A stretch of DNA of 64,000 nt from Chrysomallon squamiferum (lineage: Eukaryota; Animalia; Mollusca), in assembly GCA_012295275.1 (NCBI GenBank), contig CM022675.1:7440001-7504000 (forward strand). Direction: 5' to 3'. Of the stretch, positions 1-10,955 are shown piece after piece. The notes below the pieces were generated by a model, which saw only the letters and a program-made list of their open reading frames with translations, had not been told where the DNA came from and made no database searches. Position numbers and translations under genes: made by a program. The first letter of the stretch is position 1. Every line of letters begins with the position of its first letter.

Positions 1-133
1 CAGGAAAACATCCTCATTCTAGTTGTTATTAAATCCGATTATGTCCTGTTTAAAGAAAACGTATATGCATGATAATAATTTTACCTTACTCTACTGTTCA
101 TACATATTTAATGCAAATAGTACATGGGATAGC

Positions 134-171
<38 letters not shown>

Positions 172-186
172 ATATATATTGATATA

Positions 187-247
<61 letters not shown>

Positions 248-772
248 GTGCATATATATTTTAGTTGCTCTATCACTCCATGAGTTTTACATAAGAATAT
301 TTTATTACAAATGGTATGTGGGATAGACATATTAATTATAATATATGATAATTACTTTGACCTGTTGTTCTATAGCTTATATGTATATTTATTATGTTAT
401 GAATGATAGATACATTACATATTATACTGGCTAGAAATATTAATTATGTGTATGATAATTATTTTGACTTCATTCTACTGGTCACATGAATGGTATACTG
501 AATTATATATATATATATATATTATATTAAGTTGATATCTCACTGTATGGGTTGTACATGGGTTTTGAATAATAGAGATATATATTATATGTGGATATCA
601 GAGATATTAACTGTACACATGATAATAATTACTTTGAATAGGCTCCACTAACGTTACATATCTGGTCAGAATAGTGTATAGAATTATAAAATACAATATT
701 TAGAAGTGTTATGTATGATATTTACTTTGACCTCGCTCTATCGGTCATGCATGTCTGATATTACCTGTCCAG

Positions 773-887
773 GGCGGCAGACATGGTTGTTTCATCAAAG
801 AAACCTCGACTTGATCCTGTTTTCCAGAGAAACTTTGACGCCTACCGGAAACCAGTGAAGCCTGACATAGATCGGACGCACGCCAAG
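773..887 (+). CDS. Internal exon of unidentified coiled-coil protein (gene A); encodes AADMVVSSKKPRLDPVFQRNFDAYRKPVKPDIDRTHAK
   Basis: Acceptor ctgtccAG at 771-772 and donor AAG|GTGAGA at 887/888. GC- and CpG-richer than the flanks, open frame, ends in phase 0 and joins the next exon in frame. KKPRL resembles a nuclear localisation signal. Confidence 0.8.
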
Positions 888-1669
888 GTGAGACACACAG
901 ACAGACAGACAGACAGACAGACATACATACAGACACAGAGACATACAGACACAAAACAAGCATAGAAACAGATACAGAAATGTGTGTATATAAGCATATA
1001 TATAGCATGACAGTTAAACCCTCTACTCACACACAGACACACACACACAGACAAACACAGACATTAAAATACATACAAATGTATTTCTGACATACATGTG
1101 TCATACATTTATATAATATATAAAAAACAATGTTAAAATGACAACGCACATACATAGAATGCAAAAAATACTTAGCAATGTATGTGGATACAGGCATTTC
1201 AGTGGTTTGACAAGTATGCTTAAACAGAGGTAAATATTATTTTTGTTTTAAATTATATTTGCTGGTTTGCATTGGTTTTTATAAACAAATAACTTACTAA
1301 TTTAATTTTGTTAGTTTAGTCAAGCAGAAATTCTTTTACAAAATTGGTCTTTATAAAAGAAAACAGACTAAAGGGAAATAACTTCTTGCTCTATTAATTA
1401 GATTTGTTAGCATCCATACTAATGTCTTTATTATTATTATTGTTACTGTTACTGCTACTACTAATATGACTATTACTATTACAGTTATTATGATTATTAT
1501 TGTTACTATTGCCATTATTATTACTACAATTACTATTATCATTATTATTATTATTATTTCAGTTATTATTATTGTTTTTGTTTTTTTTAAATTATTATTA
1601 TTGTTCTTATTTGTTTATTTATTTATTATTATTATTACTCCTACTGACATATTATTATTATTATTATTA

Positions 1670-1716
<47 letters not shown>

Positions 1717-1763
1717 ATTATTATTATTATTATTATTATTATTACTACTACTACTACTACTGA

Positions 1764-1808
<45 letters not shown>

Positions 1809-1872
1809 TTCTACTACTGATATTATTATTATCATCATCATCATTATCATCATTATTATTATTATCATCCAG

Positions 1873-2078
1873 GAAAGAATCACAGCTATCAATCACCATA
1901 TAACACAACTGAAGTACAGAGAAGAAGATATAAAAATACAGATAAACGTAGCCAGAAAAGCAGAAGACAAAGGCCTGATCTCCAGTTTACAGTCACAGCT
2001 GGAAACAGCTAAAGCCAAACACATACAGCTTTTAACAGAACAGAGTAAAATAGTTTCCAAGCTTAAACAGCTAGAAAG
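1873..2078 (+). CDS. Internal exon of gene A; coiled-coil segment ERITAINHHITQLKYREEDIKIQINVARKAEDKGLISSLQSQLETAKAKHIQLLTEQSKIVSKLKQLE(R)
   Basis: Acceptor tccAG at 1871-1872 and donor AAG|GTGAGT at 2078/2079. 206 nt (phase 0 to 2), open, with heptad-like Leu/Ile spacing. Confidence 0.85.
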
Positions 2079-2572
2079 GTGAGTCGATTTTAATTTGAAA
2101 ATTGCGCACGGCAAACCTGGGTTTCTAATGGTTTTTCAATGGTTTTAGGATTTATTTGTTTGTTTGTTTGTTTAGTTGTTTGTGTGTTTGTTTGTTTATT
2201 AATGTATTTATTCACTAATTAATTAGTTTTTTTTAATTTATTTAGTTATTTACTTATTTTCTTACATATTTATTTATTTATGTTTTTTGTTTATCAATTT
2301 CTTTCTTTATTTCTTTACAGATTTATTTATTTATTTACTTTTTTGTTTGTTTGTTAATTAAGTAATTAATTTATTTACATATTTACTTATTTATTTACTT
2401 ACTTATTTACTTATTTATTTACATATTTACTTCTATATTTACTTATTTATTTATTTATTTATTTACTTACTTATGTATTTATTTATTTACATGTTTACTT
2501 ATTTATTTACTTCTATATTTATTTATTTATTTATTTATTTACTTACTTACTTACTTATTTACTTATTTTCAG

Positions 2573-2607
2573 ATATGAACAAGCAATGGATCCTTCAGCT
2601 GATCATG
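2573..2607 (+). CDS. 35-nt internal exon of gene A: (R)YEQAMDPSADH(G)
   Basis: Acceptor ttttcAG at 2571-2572 and consensus donor G|GTAAGT at 2607/2608. Phase 2 to 1 fits both neighbouring exons. Confidence 0.8.
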
Positions 2608-3321
2608 GTAAGTTAGAATGTTTAATTTGATATAAATTTATTTAGTTTTAAATTAACATTAAATTTAGTTACTTTGTTTCTAAAGAGAATCTCTTCTGAT
2701 ATACATTCCATTCTTCTTTTTTATTTATGTGTTTTAAAAAATAATTTGTTTTTCATTTATTTTTATTTTTCCTTCATTTTCAAAAATTTAAAACATCTTA
2801 ATTTATATATATATTTTTAAAATTTTAATTAATCTCAGTTTTAATTTTCATTTAGGTTTGTATCATTATTTTAATTAAAGTCTGTTTAATTTACACTTCA
2901 GTGTTAAAAAAACACATCAGAAATGGATTTTATAAACATATAAGTATTTTACAATTACTGGCAATCAACCTTTCATAATCATAAAGTACCAGCGATATAA
3001 ACTAAACTCTAGTTTAATTAATGCTTCAGTTGTTTTATCCAAAATGAATTTTTTATATAAGCATACAAGTAATTTTTTCTGGCAATCAACCTTTCATAAT
3101 CACAAAGTACGCATAAAAAAATCTAAACTTAACTCTTAGTTTTAATCTTGCTCCTCCATTTTTATTTTTTTTATTTTATTTTTTTTTATTTTTAGAATTA
3201 TTTATTTTTAAAATTGTGTGTTATTATTATTATTATAATAATAATCTTCAGAGTTGTTGTTTGTTTGTTTGTTTGTTTTGTTTGTTTATTATAACAAGAG
3301 TCCAAATGTCTCTCTCCGCAG

Positions 3322-3602
3322 GCAGTTCACACGATGCAGCCACATCGCTTCGGCAGACGGCCAACAAACTGGTGCAGGAGACGCTGTTCGACGAGGGCCT
3401 GCGCATAGCGCAGCAGTACGGCATGGCCGACTTCGCCGAGGAGCTCAAAGGCCTGCAGACGCAGAAAGGCTCAAGCACGAACGGCCAGGACTCTGATTCG
3501 GACAACGTGCGGAGTCCCACGCCCAGCGACGACGACAACAGCAACAGCATTTCGCATAATAACAGCAACGAGACGAAGTGGGGACGAGAAGGACAGTTGT
3601 AA
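3322..3602 (+). CDS. Terminal coding exon of gene A: (G)SSHDAATSLRQTANKLVQETLFDEGLRIAQQYGMADFAEELKGLQTQKGSSTNGQDSDSDNVRSPTPSDDD...GREGQL*
   Basis: Acceptor tctctctccgcAG at 3320-3321 gives the required phase 1. Strong GC3 codon bias. In-frame TAA at 3600-3602. The true C-terminus may extend to 4005 in the +1 frame (see findings). Confidence 0.75.
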
Positions 3603-4005
3603 GAAAGAGGCAGACGGCCAGATTTGTGAAAACGGGACGAAGTCTCGGAAACGTACTCACAAAGTGAAAGGCAGTAAAAAAAATTCTTCTTCCAGTGGCA
3701 GTAATAGTAGCAGTAGTAGTAACAGTAATAGTAATAGTAATAATAATAATAACAATAAAAAAAAAAAGCCCATAGCTAGTCAAGAAAAAAATGGAGATGT
3801 CGACAGTCATGAAGACGAAAATGATGGTGATGGTGATGATGACGATGATGATGGTGGTGATGATGATGGTGATGAGGATAATGATGACGATGACGATGTG
3901 GAAAATAGTGGCAGCAGCGATGTAGCGGGGAAACGTTCAAAACTTCCATCTCTAGGTTTCAGTACGGATTCTCTGAAGTGTAAAACGGTCGAAAATGGAG
4001 ACTGA
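3580..4005 (+). CDS. Possible frameshifted C-terminal extension of gene A (DEKDSCKKEADGQICENGTKSRKRTHKVKGSKKNSSS...NNNKKKKP...acidic D/E tract...VENGD*)
   Basis: The +1 frame is open from about 3410 to TGA at 4003-4005 and encodes a basic/acidic low-complexity tail typical of nuclear proteins. Base composition drops to UTR-like only after 4005. Confidence 0.5.
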   Translation, partial: GDEKDSCKKEADGQICENGTKSRKRTHKVKGSKKNSSSSGSNSSSSSNSNSNSNNNNNNKKKKPIASQEKNGDVDSHEDENDGDGDDDDDDGGDDDGDEDNDDDDDVENSGSSDVAGKRSKLPSLGFSTDSLKCKTVENGD

Positions 4006-4229
4006 GATCTTTTTGTTTTTTATTATTTCAATCATCAAATGTTCTTACTCTTGTTATTCTGTTTCTTCCATTTTGTTTTGTTTTTTTTGTTGTTTTTTTT
4101 TAAAAAGAAAACAAGCTAAAACAGAAAAAAATATATATATGAAAAAAAAAAAAACATTCTGAAAAGTATATATTTCTGCTGAACGTAGGTTTGCATGAAT
4201 ACCATTTTTTGGGGATTTAACCATTTCTC

Positions 4230-4463
4230 GTTGCCGTGGTAACCTCCTGTGTCTTGTGGATGTTGCAGTCATGTTTTTTTTTTTTTAAATAATTGTTTTT
4301 GTTACTATGGTAATCTTTCTTCTTTTTTTTTTAATTTAAATTACATTTTGAAAGTCCAGTCCTGTTGCTATGGTAACCTGTTGTTAAAGATATTATGTTG
4401 CATTTCTGAATGTCAAAAGTGTAATAGTCCAACAATATGGAGATTATATGTTGCAATGGTAAC
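4230..4463. promoter_or_regulatory. Cluster of four RFX X-box-like palindromes
   Basis: GTTGCCGTGGTAAC 4230-4243, GTTACTATGGTAAT 4301-4314, GTTGCTATGGTAAC 4364-4377 and GTTGCAATGGTAAC 4450-4463 all resemble the RFX consensus GTTRCYATGGYAAC. Confidence 0.5.
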
Positions 4464-4483
4464 TTTCTGTCTTAAACAGTGAC

Positions 4484-4521
<38 letters not shown>

Positions 4522-6850
4522 TATTTTTTTTTTTTTTTTTTAAAGACAATCTTTAGGTTGCAGATTATTTTCTGTGCCAGTGTTCAAACAAGTGTCAAAT
4601 AACTTGGAACTGAAGTGTAAGGTTACAACATTTTTAGCAACTGTGTGATCAAGCCATTAATTTATTCTTTCTTACTGGGAAAAAGAAAAGTATACCAAAG
4701 CAAATACATGCAGAGATTTAAAACTAATGTCATCATACTGTTTATTCTTTATTTTATGAGGTAAATTAAAAATGCTAAAAATTTTATTTTTTTTACTATT
4801 CTTCATTTTAATTATGAAAGGAAAAAAAAATTAAATAAATAAATTAATTTGAATTAGGAAGTGTTGACGGTTCACCCTTTCCAGTTGTTTTTGTTAAAAT
4901 TTATATTCTTATCTTTCAAACTGTTTCTGTGACCTATCCCAATTTGCAATGCATGGCAGCCATTTTGTTTTCTTGGACCAGAGTAGTCAACACAGACATT
5001 GCTTCTACCACAGATACATATTACATTAATATTTAGACAGTTAATAAAACTATATTTATCAAATGTAATTGAAAACAAAAGAGAATTATATTTATCTTTT
5101 AGGAGAATTATGTTTATCCAAGTCTTACACAAGTCTAAGAAAACAAGATGGCAGATCAATTGTGAGAATAACAAGGTTTATCATGAAAATACAGAAAATA
5201 CAGAAATTTTGTTTAACCTGGATGTCTGTTTTGTCTGATGTGTTTTGTCCATGGTGGTTGAAAATGAAGCCTTTGATGTTTTGTCTTTCAAATCTTTCAT
5301 AAAAAAGATCCCAGATTTTTGTATCTGACGATTATTGTTGAGGAAGTCATCCATAACAAACTCATCTTCTAAACTGATCAACAAAGAAAGAAAAAAAAAT
5401 AATAAATAAATAAATTTTTTAATTATTTTCTTAACTGATTAATTGAATTAAAAAATAAATATATTAATTATTTATTTTAATCCATAAACTGATCTAATAA
5501 GGAATATTTGTCTTTATTTTAAGCTGGTCGAAGTTTTAACATATTCAGAAAAACAAATTTGTTAATTATATATTTGTTCATTAACTGTTTTGTTAATTAA
5601 ACTAGATATATAAGCACTGAACTGTTGAATATGATTTACATAATAAACTTGGACATAAATTGAAACCCCCAAAAAAAAACAGACTATTATTCATAGATAG
5701 TGCAATGAGCTGTGACATGATTATGGCAGGATAAATATTTCTTACCTCCAACTGGACTGTTTACCCAATCCAACCCAGTACTCCTGGATTTATCATTAAT
5801 TTATCACAGCAAGCATTAATATTAAAATAAATATAAACTGAAAAGTCATTAAACTTCAGTTCATATTTTAAATTGGCTAAGATAATGATTTCTTTGAAAT
5901 TTGACGTTTGATATGGACTAGAGGGATAACTGGGAGTAGAGATTTATGGATGAAATTTAGAGGATAAGTTTGTTAATGGATGATTTCTCATGCTGACTGA
6001 GTGTTAAAAGTATATGTACATTTTTGTTCTGTCATTTAATACATGACTAGAAATATTAAATTATCTGCATTTGTGTTGATGATTTAAATCTGAAATTGTT
6101 TATTCATACATTTACAGTTACATACAAACACAGAAATACATTTACAACTACTTGCATACATAATATTGGAATTATCCCTATCTGGCCCCCCCTTTTTTTT
6201 TTTACCAGTTTTAGGCTCTAAGCTAGGATAAACTACAGAGGCCCTCTTTAGTTATGTTAACATTTAATAAAAATGTTTAACTAGTCGAATTATTAAAGGG
6301 CTCTTTAGACTGAGATGCTGTAGCTTGTTTAGCTTATGTTAAAATCCATTTCTGATCCATGCTACCTTCTAAGTTTTTCAGGCTTTCATTAAGATTGTCA
6401 AGATGTACCCATGCCTTAGAGGAATAGGATTTCTGCTTTATGAAATCTCACTTAAGACCAAAACTTTGTAATTTTTTAAATTTTTTATTATTATCAAGTT
6501 TATGAAAATAAGTAGATAAGTAATAATTATTACTGAGTATAAAAATGTCTGTGAAGTTATTCTGGTTGAATATAATTTTTTTGTTTTTTTGTTTTTTCAG
6601 TTATTATCCTGAATAATAATTACAGGAAGGGAGATAATATATGAAACAAATGTTAAGGATATGACTGAGTAAAGGATATTACTGTTTAAGTTTCTGATAC
6701 ATGAAAATAATAATAATAATAATAAAAAGGAATTAAGTTTAAAAATTATAGAATTTCTTACACTACCCATGCTGAATTAGAAGAGGGGAGATAACTTTTG
6801 AAACAACTGTTAGTGTAAAAGCCATTACTTTTTAAGTTTCTAATACATGA

Positions 6851-6897
<47 letters not shown>

Positions 6898-7404
6898 AAT
6901 ATTTATCTATAATGTGAATTCAAATTTTCATAAGCATCAAACATCCATAGTATGCAATTTGTCTTAGTGAACCAAGAAATTAAACAAAAAATTTACATTT
7001 ATTTTTGTGAACATTGAAAATCAAAATGTTTTTCGATAACAATCATAGTTCCCTTTTGAAGTAAAAAACATGGAAGTATGCATTATATCTTATTTGTGCT
7101 TATTTTTGTTAAAGAAATTTTATATTTGTTTTCAGAAGGTCCATTAATTTGTTTTTTTCTGAAGATGTTATATATAAACATTATATTTTGAAGTATCTTG
7201 TTGTCCAGCATGATGTGGTACATGAAGATTACATTGTCATACTCACATATTTACTTGTCATATTGTTCAACACAACTTATACATTTTTTTTTTATTATTC
7301 TTTTTGTTAAAATTAGATTTCATAATATTATCATCTTTATCATGATTTCTAATCAGTGCATAAATGATGTTTGTGTGTTCTGTGATTTCATAAACCTCTC
7401 ATGT

Positions 7405-7920
7405 TGAAGTGAATTACTTCCCTTTTGTTTTGAAGTGAATAACTTCACTTTTTATTTAGAGATGAATTATTTCCCTTTAATTTTGAAAAACCTTATTTCC
7501 CTTTCATTGTGAAGTTAATTAAGTTAATTGAGAAATCATGTTTAAATTTATAATGAATATCTTTCTTTACTTTTGAGATGAAATAAGTTCCCTTTAATAT
7601 AGAAGTAAAATTACTTATATATTATTTTTAGCAGACATCAGTTCTGTTTTGAGATTGATTACGTTCCTTCCATTTCTGGGATAAATTATTTTCCCTTTTC
7701 ATTTCAACAAGAATTACTTCCCTTCCTTTTTACCGAAAGTTACTTTCTTTTCATTTTTAAGAAGATTCATTACATCCCTTTCATTTTCTCATGAGTTATT
7801 TCACTTTCTCATTTTGAGAAGCGGTACTTCCCTTTCATTTTCAAGAACAGTTCCTTCCCTTTCATTTTTTTGAGAAGAGTTACTTCCCATTCATTTTTGT
7901 GATGAGTTATTTCCCTTCAT
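7405..7920. repeat. Degenerate tandem repeat (~30-bp unit, GAATTACTTCCCTTTCATTTT...)
   Basis: Recurring ttacttccctttcatttt / ttatttccc(t)tt motif. Confidence 0.7.
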
Positions 7921-8044
7921 GTTGACTGAGACTTGTGGCCTGGTGTGCCTGTTCTGAGATTTTGTTTTCCTGGTTCTGTGCAATTTTTTCTCCTCTTTGT
8001 GTTGCCTGTGTAATACTTGTGGTATTTCATACAGTGCATTGATT

Positions 8045-8050
8045 AATAAA
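8045..8050 (+). terminator. Probable polyadenylation signal of gene A
   Basis: AATAAA followed about 20 nt later by CA dinucleotides and then a GT/T-rich element (gagtgtatttatt). AATAAA is common in this AT-rich DNA, so the call rests on context. Confidence 0.4.
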
Positions 8051-9063
8051 GATTATATTCATATGGCAACACATTGAGAGACGAGTGTATTTATTGGCAT
8101 ATGCTGCTGTTGTTGTAAATAAATATTTATTTGTCAAACACATTATTAAATATGAATATATTGCTTTTTAAATATGTCCAACATGAGTTTGTTGTTTTTC
8201 TTCATTTAGTAAGAAATAAAAAACATAGTAAAATAAAATAAATAATAATAATGATGAAAATAATGTTATAATGATGATGATGATGATGATGGTGACAGTC
8301 ATGATGATAATGTTGAAGTATAAATTGCTAAAGAATTTCGAATATCTGTTTTTATTTATTTTAATTAATGAATATCAAAACATTATTTTGGTACTTCTGT
8401 GAGATAAAGTTTTCAGAGGAAACACAACACGTTCCCATTGGAAACTGTGTGTCTGTGTGTGTGTGTGTCTCATTCTGTACTGCACATTAAGTCATTTCTG
8501 ATAATAGGTATAAAAGTTTCTAATATTACATTGCATTCTCAAATAATAACAAATAATAAAAATAAAGAAAGACGTGCAGTTAGAATTTTTTTTTTTTAAT
8601 GAATTAAAAAAAACAATTTTAAATATTAAAAATTAAAAAATAATAAAGTAAAAATGCAGATAGTGACATGCATGAATATTAGTATAAAAACAAAGATAAT
8701 AATAAATAATGATAATAATACCATTAACAATAACAACAACTACAACAACAATAAAGACGATGATGTTGATAATAAAAAAACAAGAAAGAAAAACTGACAA
8801 TAAAAATAAAATGTAAGTGAAAGTCATCAGTTATCTTTTGGAAGATGTTTGTCTTTTCAAATCCATAATATTTTTCATTTATGGTTTGTTAACTTGTAGA
8901 GTGATAATCACAATATGGAAATGATTTTGGTAGATCCAGTTTCTAAATGTCTGATTATTTGACTGAAAAAAAAAAAAAAAAAAAAAAAACAACAACAAAA
9001 AAAAACCACAAAACAAAACAAACATACATAAGTAAAAGTAAAATAAATAAATATAGGACTGTA

Positions 9064-9231
9064 TTTGTTGAACAGTTTTCATTAATAATGAACAATACAT
9101 GGAATCGGATGCTTCCAATTTTCTGCACGTGAGACATCATCGCATGCATGACAGACCACTTAGTTCAAGTTAATTTAACAGAAAAATATTTGATGTTCCT
9201 TGACACCTGTGAATAAATTATAGCTTTCAAA
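9064..9231 (+). repeat. Copy 1 of a ~167-bp direct repeat (copy 2 at 10385-10551)
   Basis: Shares tttgttgaacagt...ttaataatgaacaata...ggatgcttccaattttctg...ttaatttaacagaaaaatatttga(t/c)gttccttgacacctgtgaa...ctttcaaa with copy 2. Confidence 0.9.
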
Positions 9232-9369
9232 CTGCATTCATGACAGTTCAATTAGTTCCACCATTTCGCACCAAAAATGAATCTGAAATCCGTGGTTGCT
9301 CTTTAGCAAAAGGTAGCATTTCACATAACATATGGGGCATAACTCTGTGCAGGCTGTTTCCATTTGTTA

Positions 9370-9445
9370 AGAGGGGGCACTTGTCGCGAGATTTCTCGAT
9401 ATCGTGACGTCATAGCTTTGAATTGGAATCATACGAATCATGGCG
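9370..9445 (+). promoter_or_regulatory. Probable CLASP core promoter (CpG-containing motif cluster)
   Basis: Local CpG enrichment in otherwise CpG-poor DNA. AGAGGGGGCAC (CTCF-like) 9370-9380, TCGCGAGA (BANP/CGCG-element-like) 9384-9391, palindrome CGATATCG 9397-9404, perfect CRE TGACGTCA 9405-9412, and YY1-like CATGGCGG 9439-9446. Confidence 0.65.
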
Positions 9446-9473
9446 GATGCTATACAGTAGCGAGTTAATATAG
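9415..9473 (+). other. CLASP: Probable non-coding first exon of CLASP (start approximate); contains uORF MADAIQ* at 9440-9460
   Basis: Lies just downstream of the promoter motifs and ends in donor TAG|GTAATT at 9473/9474. A matching acceptor ttttctttttcAG is at 10595-10596. Confidence 0.55.
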
Positions 9474-10384
9474 GTAATTGTTTTGACATTATGCACTGTA
9501 TAAATGCACTTTTGCATTACAGCGATCTTTCATCATTTTAAAATTCATAAATTTAATATATGTTCTTTTTTTCCTGTCTTGATTGTATCGATTGCTTTCT
9601 AATGCTTACTTCTTAAAATCGAGCGGTATCTTCCCGCAAAGGATAAATTCAAAGAACGTAATGATAATCAAGAGCAAATAGAAATTTAATATTGACGATC
9701 GCGAATTTTCTTCATAACAGAAAACGAGTATTATCTCAAATTTGCATAGCAGACGTAATTTTGTTTTCTGCAGCATACCGACAAAGATCAAACTGGTGAT
9801 GTAGATATATACTTAACAGGTGGCATAAATATTCTTTAGGCTGGTCTATTTATAGAATATACAGCGCCACTGTATCAATGACAAGATTGTTTTATACTTA
9901 TCTATGTTATAAATATAATTTAAGAATGTATTATAATGTTATTTTATAACTTAATATATTTAAGAAGGTCATTAATATTAATATGCAGTTTTATGTTTTA
10001 AGATTACAAAATAATGCATGTTTTAATTGTTTAACTGATGTTATTGTTAAAGTATGAGTCAAAACAAGATTCCTCTGAAAAGTACAAAAAGATAAATAAA
10101 TAGTTTGACTGATTGCTGTATCTGATTATGGGAAATATTTATGAAACTTGTAATATTACTGGGTCATGTTTATAACAAAAGTGAAGATTTATTATTTATC
10201 CTTAATGTTTTTGATTTTTTTCTTCTAATTTCAAAATAAGAAAATGCTTTAGTTATTTGAAATTAGTTAAAAAATCTTGTAAAAAGATATACCATGTAGT
10301 GTTATCAAATTTGTTTACTTTTCATAATATGCAGGAAAAGTCTAAATATATCTAGTGTTATTGAACATTACTCATATTTGTGTC

Positions 10385-10551
10385 TTTGTTGAACAGTCTT
10401 TATTAATAATGAACAATAAATGGATGCTTCCAATTTTCTGTCCTAGACACATCTTCATAGACAGTCCTGTTAGTTCAAATTTCTATTAATTTAACAGAAA
10501 AATATTTGACGTTCCTTGACACCTGTGAAAAAAAAAATTATAACTTTCAAA
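10385..10551 (+). repeat. Copy 2 of the ~167-bp direct repeat
   Basis: Aligns by eye with 9064-9231 with scattered substitutions and small indels. Confidence 0.9.
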
Positions 10552-10778
10552 TCTGTTTGTATGTCACACTTTATTGTTTCTGATTTTCTTTTTCAGCCAA
10601 ACGGAATAATTAATTCTTGGAGGAAAGAAAATCCTGTTTTTAATTTGTGTGTTTGTGTCTGCGAAAACAGAACCACTGTCAAGTTTGACTTTTGACAGTG
10701 ACATTTGTGGTGGAATTTTATTATTATATATATATATATATAAATATATATATATAATTTTTTTTTGAACACTTCATC

Positions 10779-10955
10779 ATGGCTACTTTGGAAGATTTTC
10801 TGGCAAATGTTGTCACAAGCGATACGAGAAAACGTATCCAAGCTCATACCGAGCTTATTCCGTTTCTGCGGGACCCACGCTGTTCTCTGGACGATGACGT
10901 TTTGGATAGTTTTATCAAAGGATTAGTTGGCTGGATCAACTGCAGCAATTACAAG
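10779..10955 (+). CDS. CLASP: CLASP (CLIP-associating protein / Orbit / MAST) first coding exon, start of the TOG1 domain
   Basis: atcATGG Kozak context. Encodes MATLEDFLANVVTSDTRKRIQAHTELIPFLRDPRCSLDDDVLDSFIKGLVGWINCSNYK (59 codons); W-I-N-x-S-N-Y-K matches the CLASP WVNSSNYK motif. Donor AAG|GTATGT. The exon probably starts at 10597. Confidence 0.95.

Noticed and set aside
1351-1908. Long hydrophobic poly-I/L/Y/N ORFs
   Set aside because: Translations of the (ATT)n/(ACT)n microsatellite in an intron of gene A. The same applies to similar ORFs at 14436-14922, 24954-25224, 25838-26116 and 61986-62219.
3299-3321. Alternative acceptors at 3298 and 3300 for the terminal exon
   Set aside because: AAG at 3298 leads to an early TAG. 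GAG at 3300 is in frame but is a rare acceptor type. The CAG at 3321 has the better pyrimidine tract.
3248-3810. - strand ORFs of 106 and 121 aa
   Set aside because: Antisense shadows of the GC3-biased terminal exon of gene A.
2929-6895. Short local duplications (about 2929-3145 and 6626-6895)
   Set aside because: Ordinary diverged tandem duplications in an intron and a UTR with no further structure.
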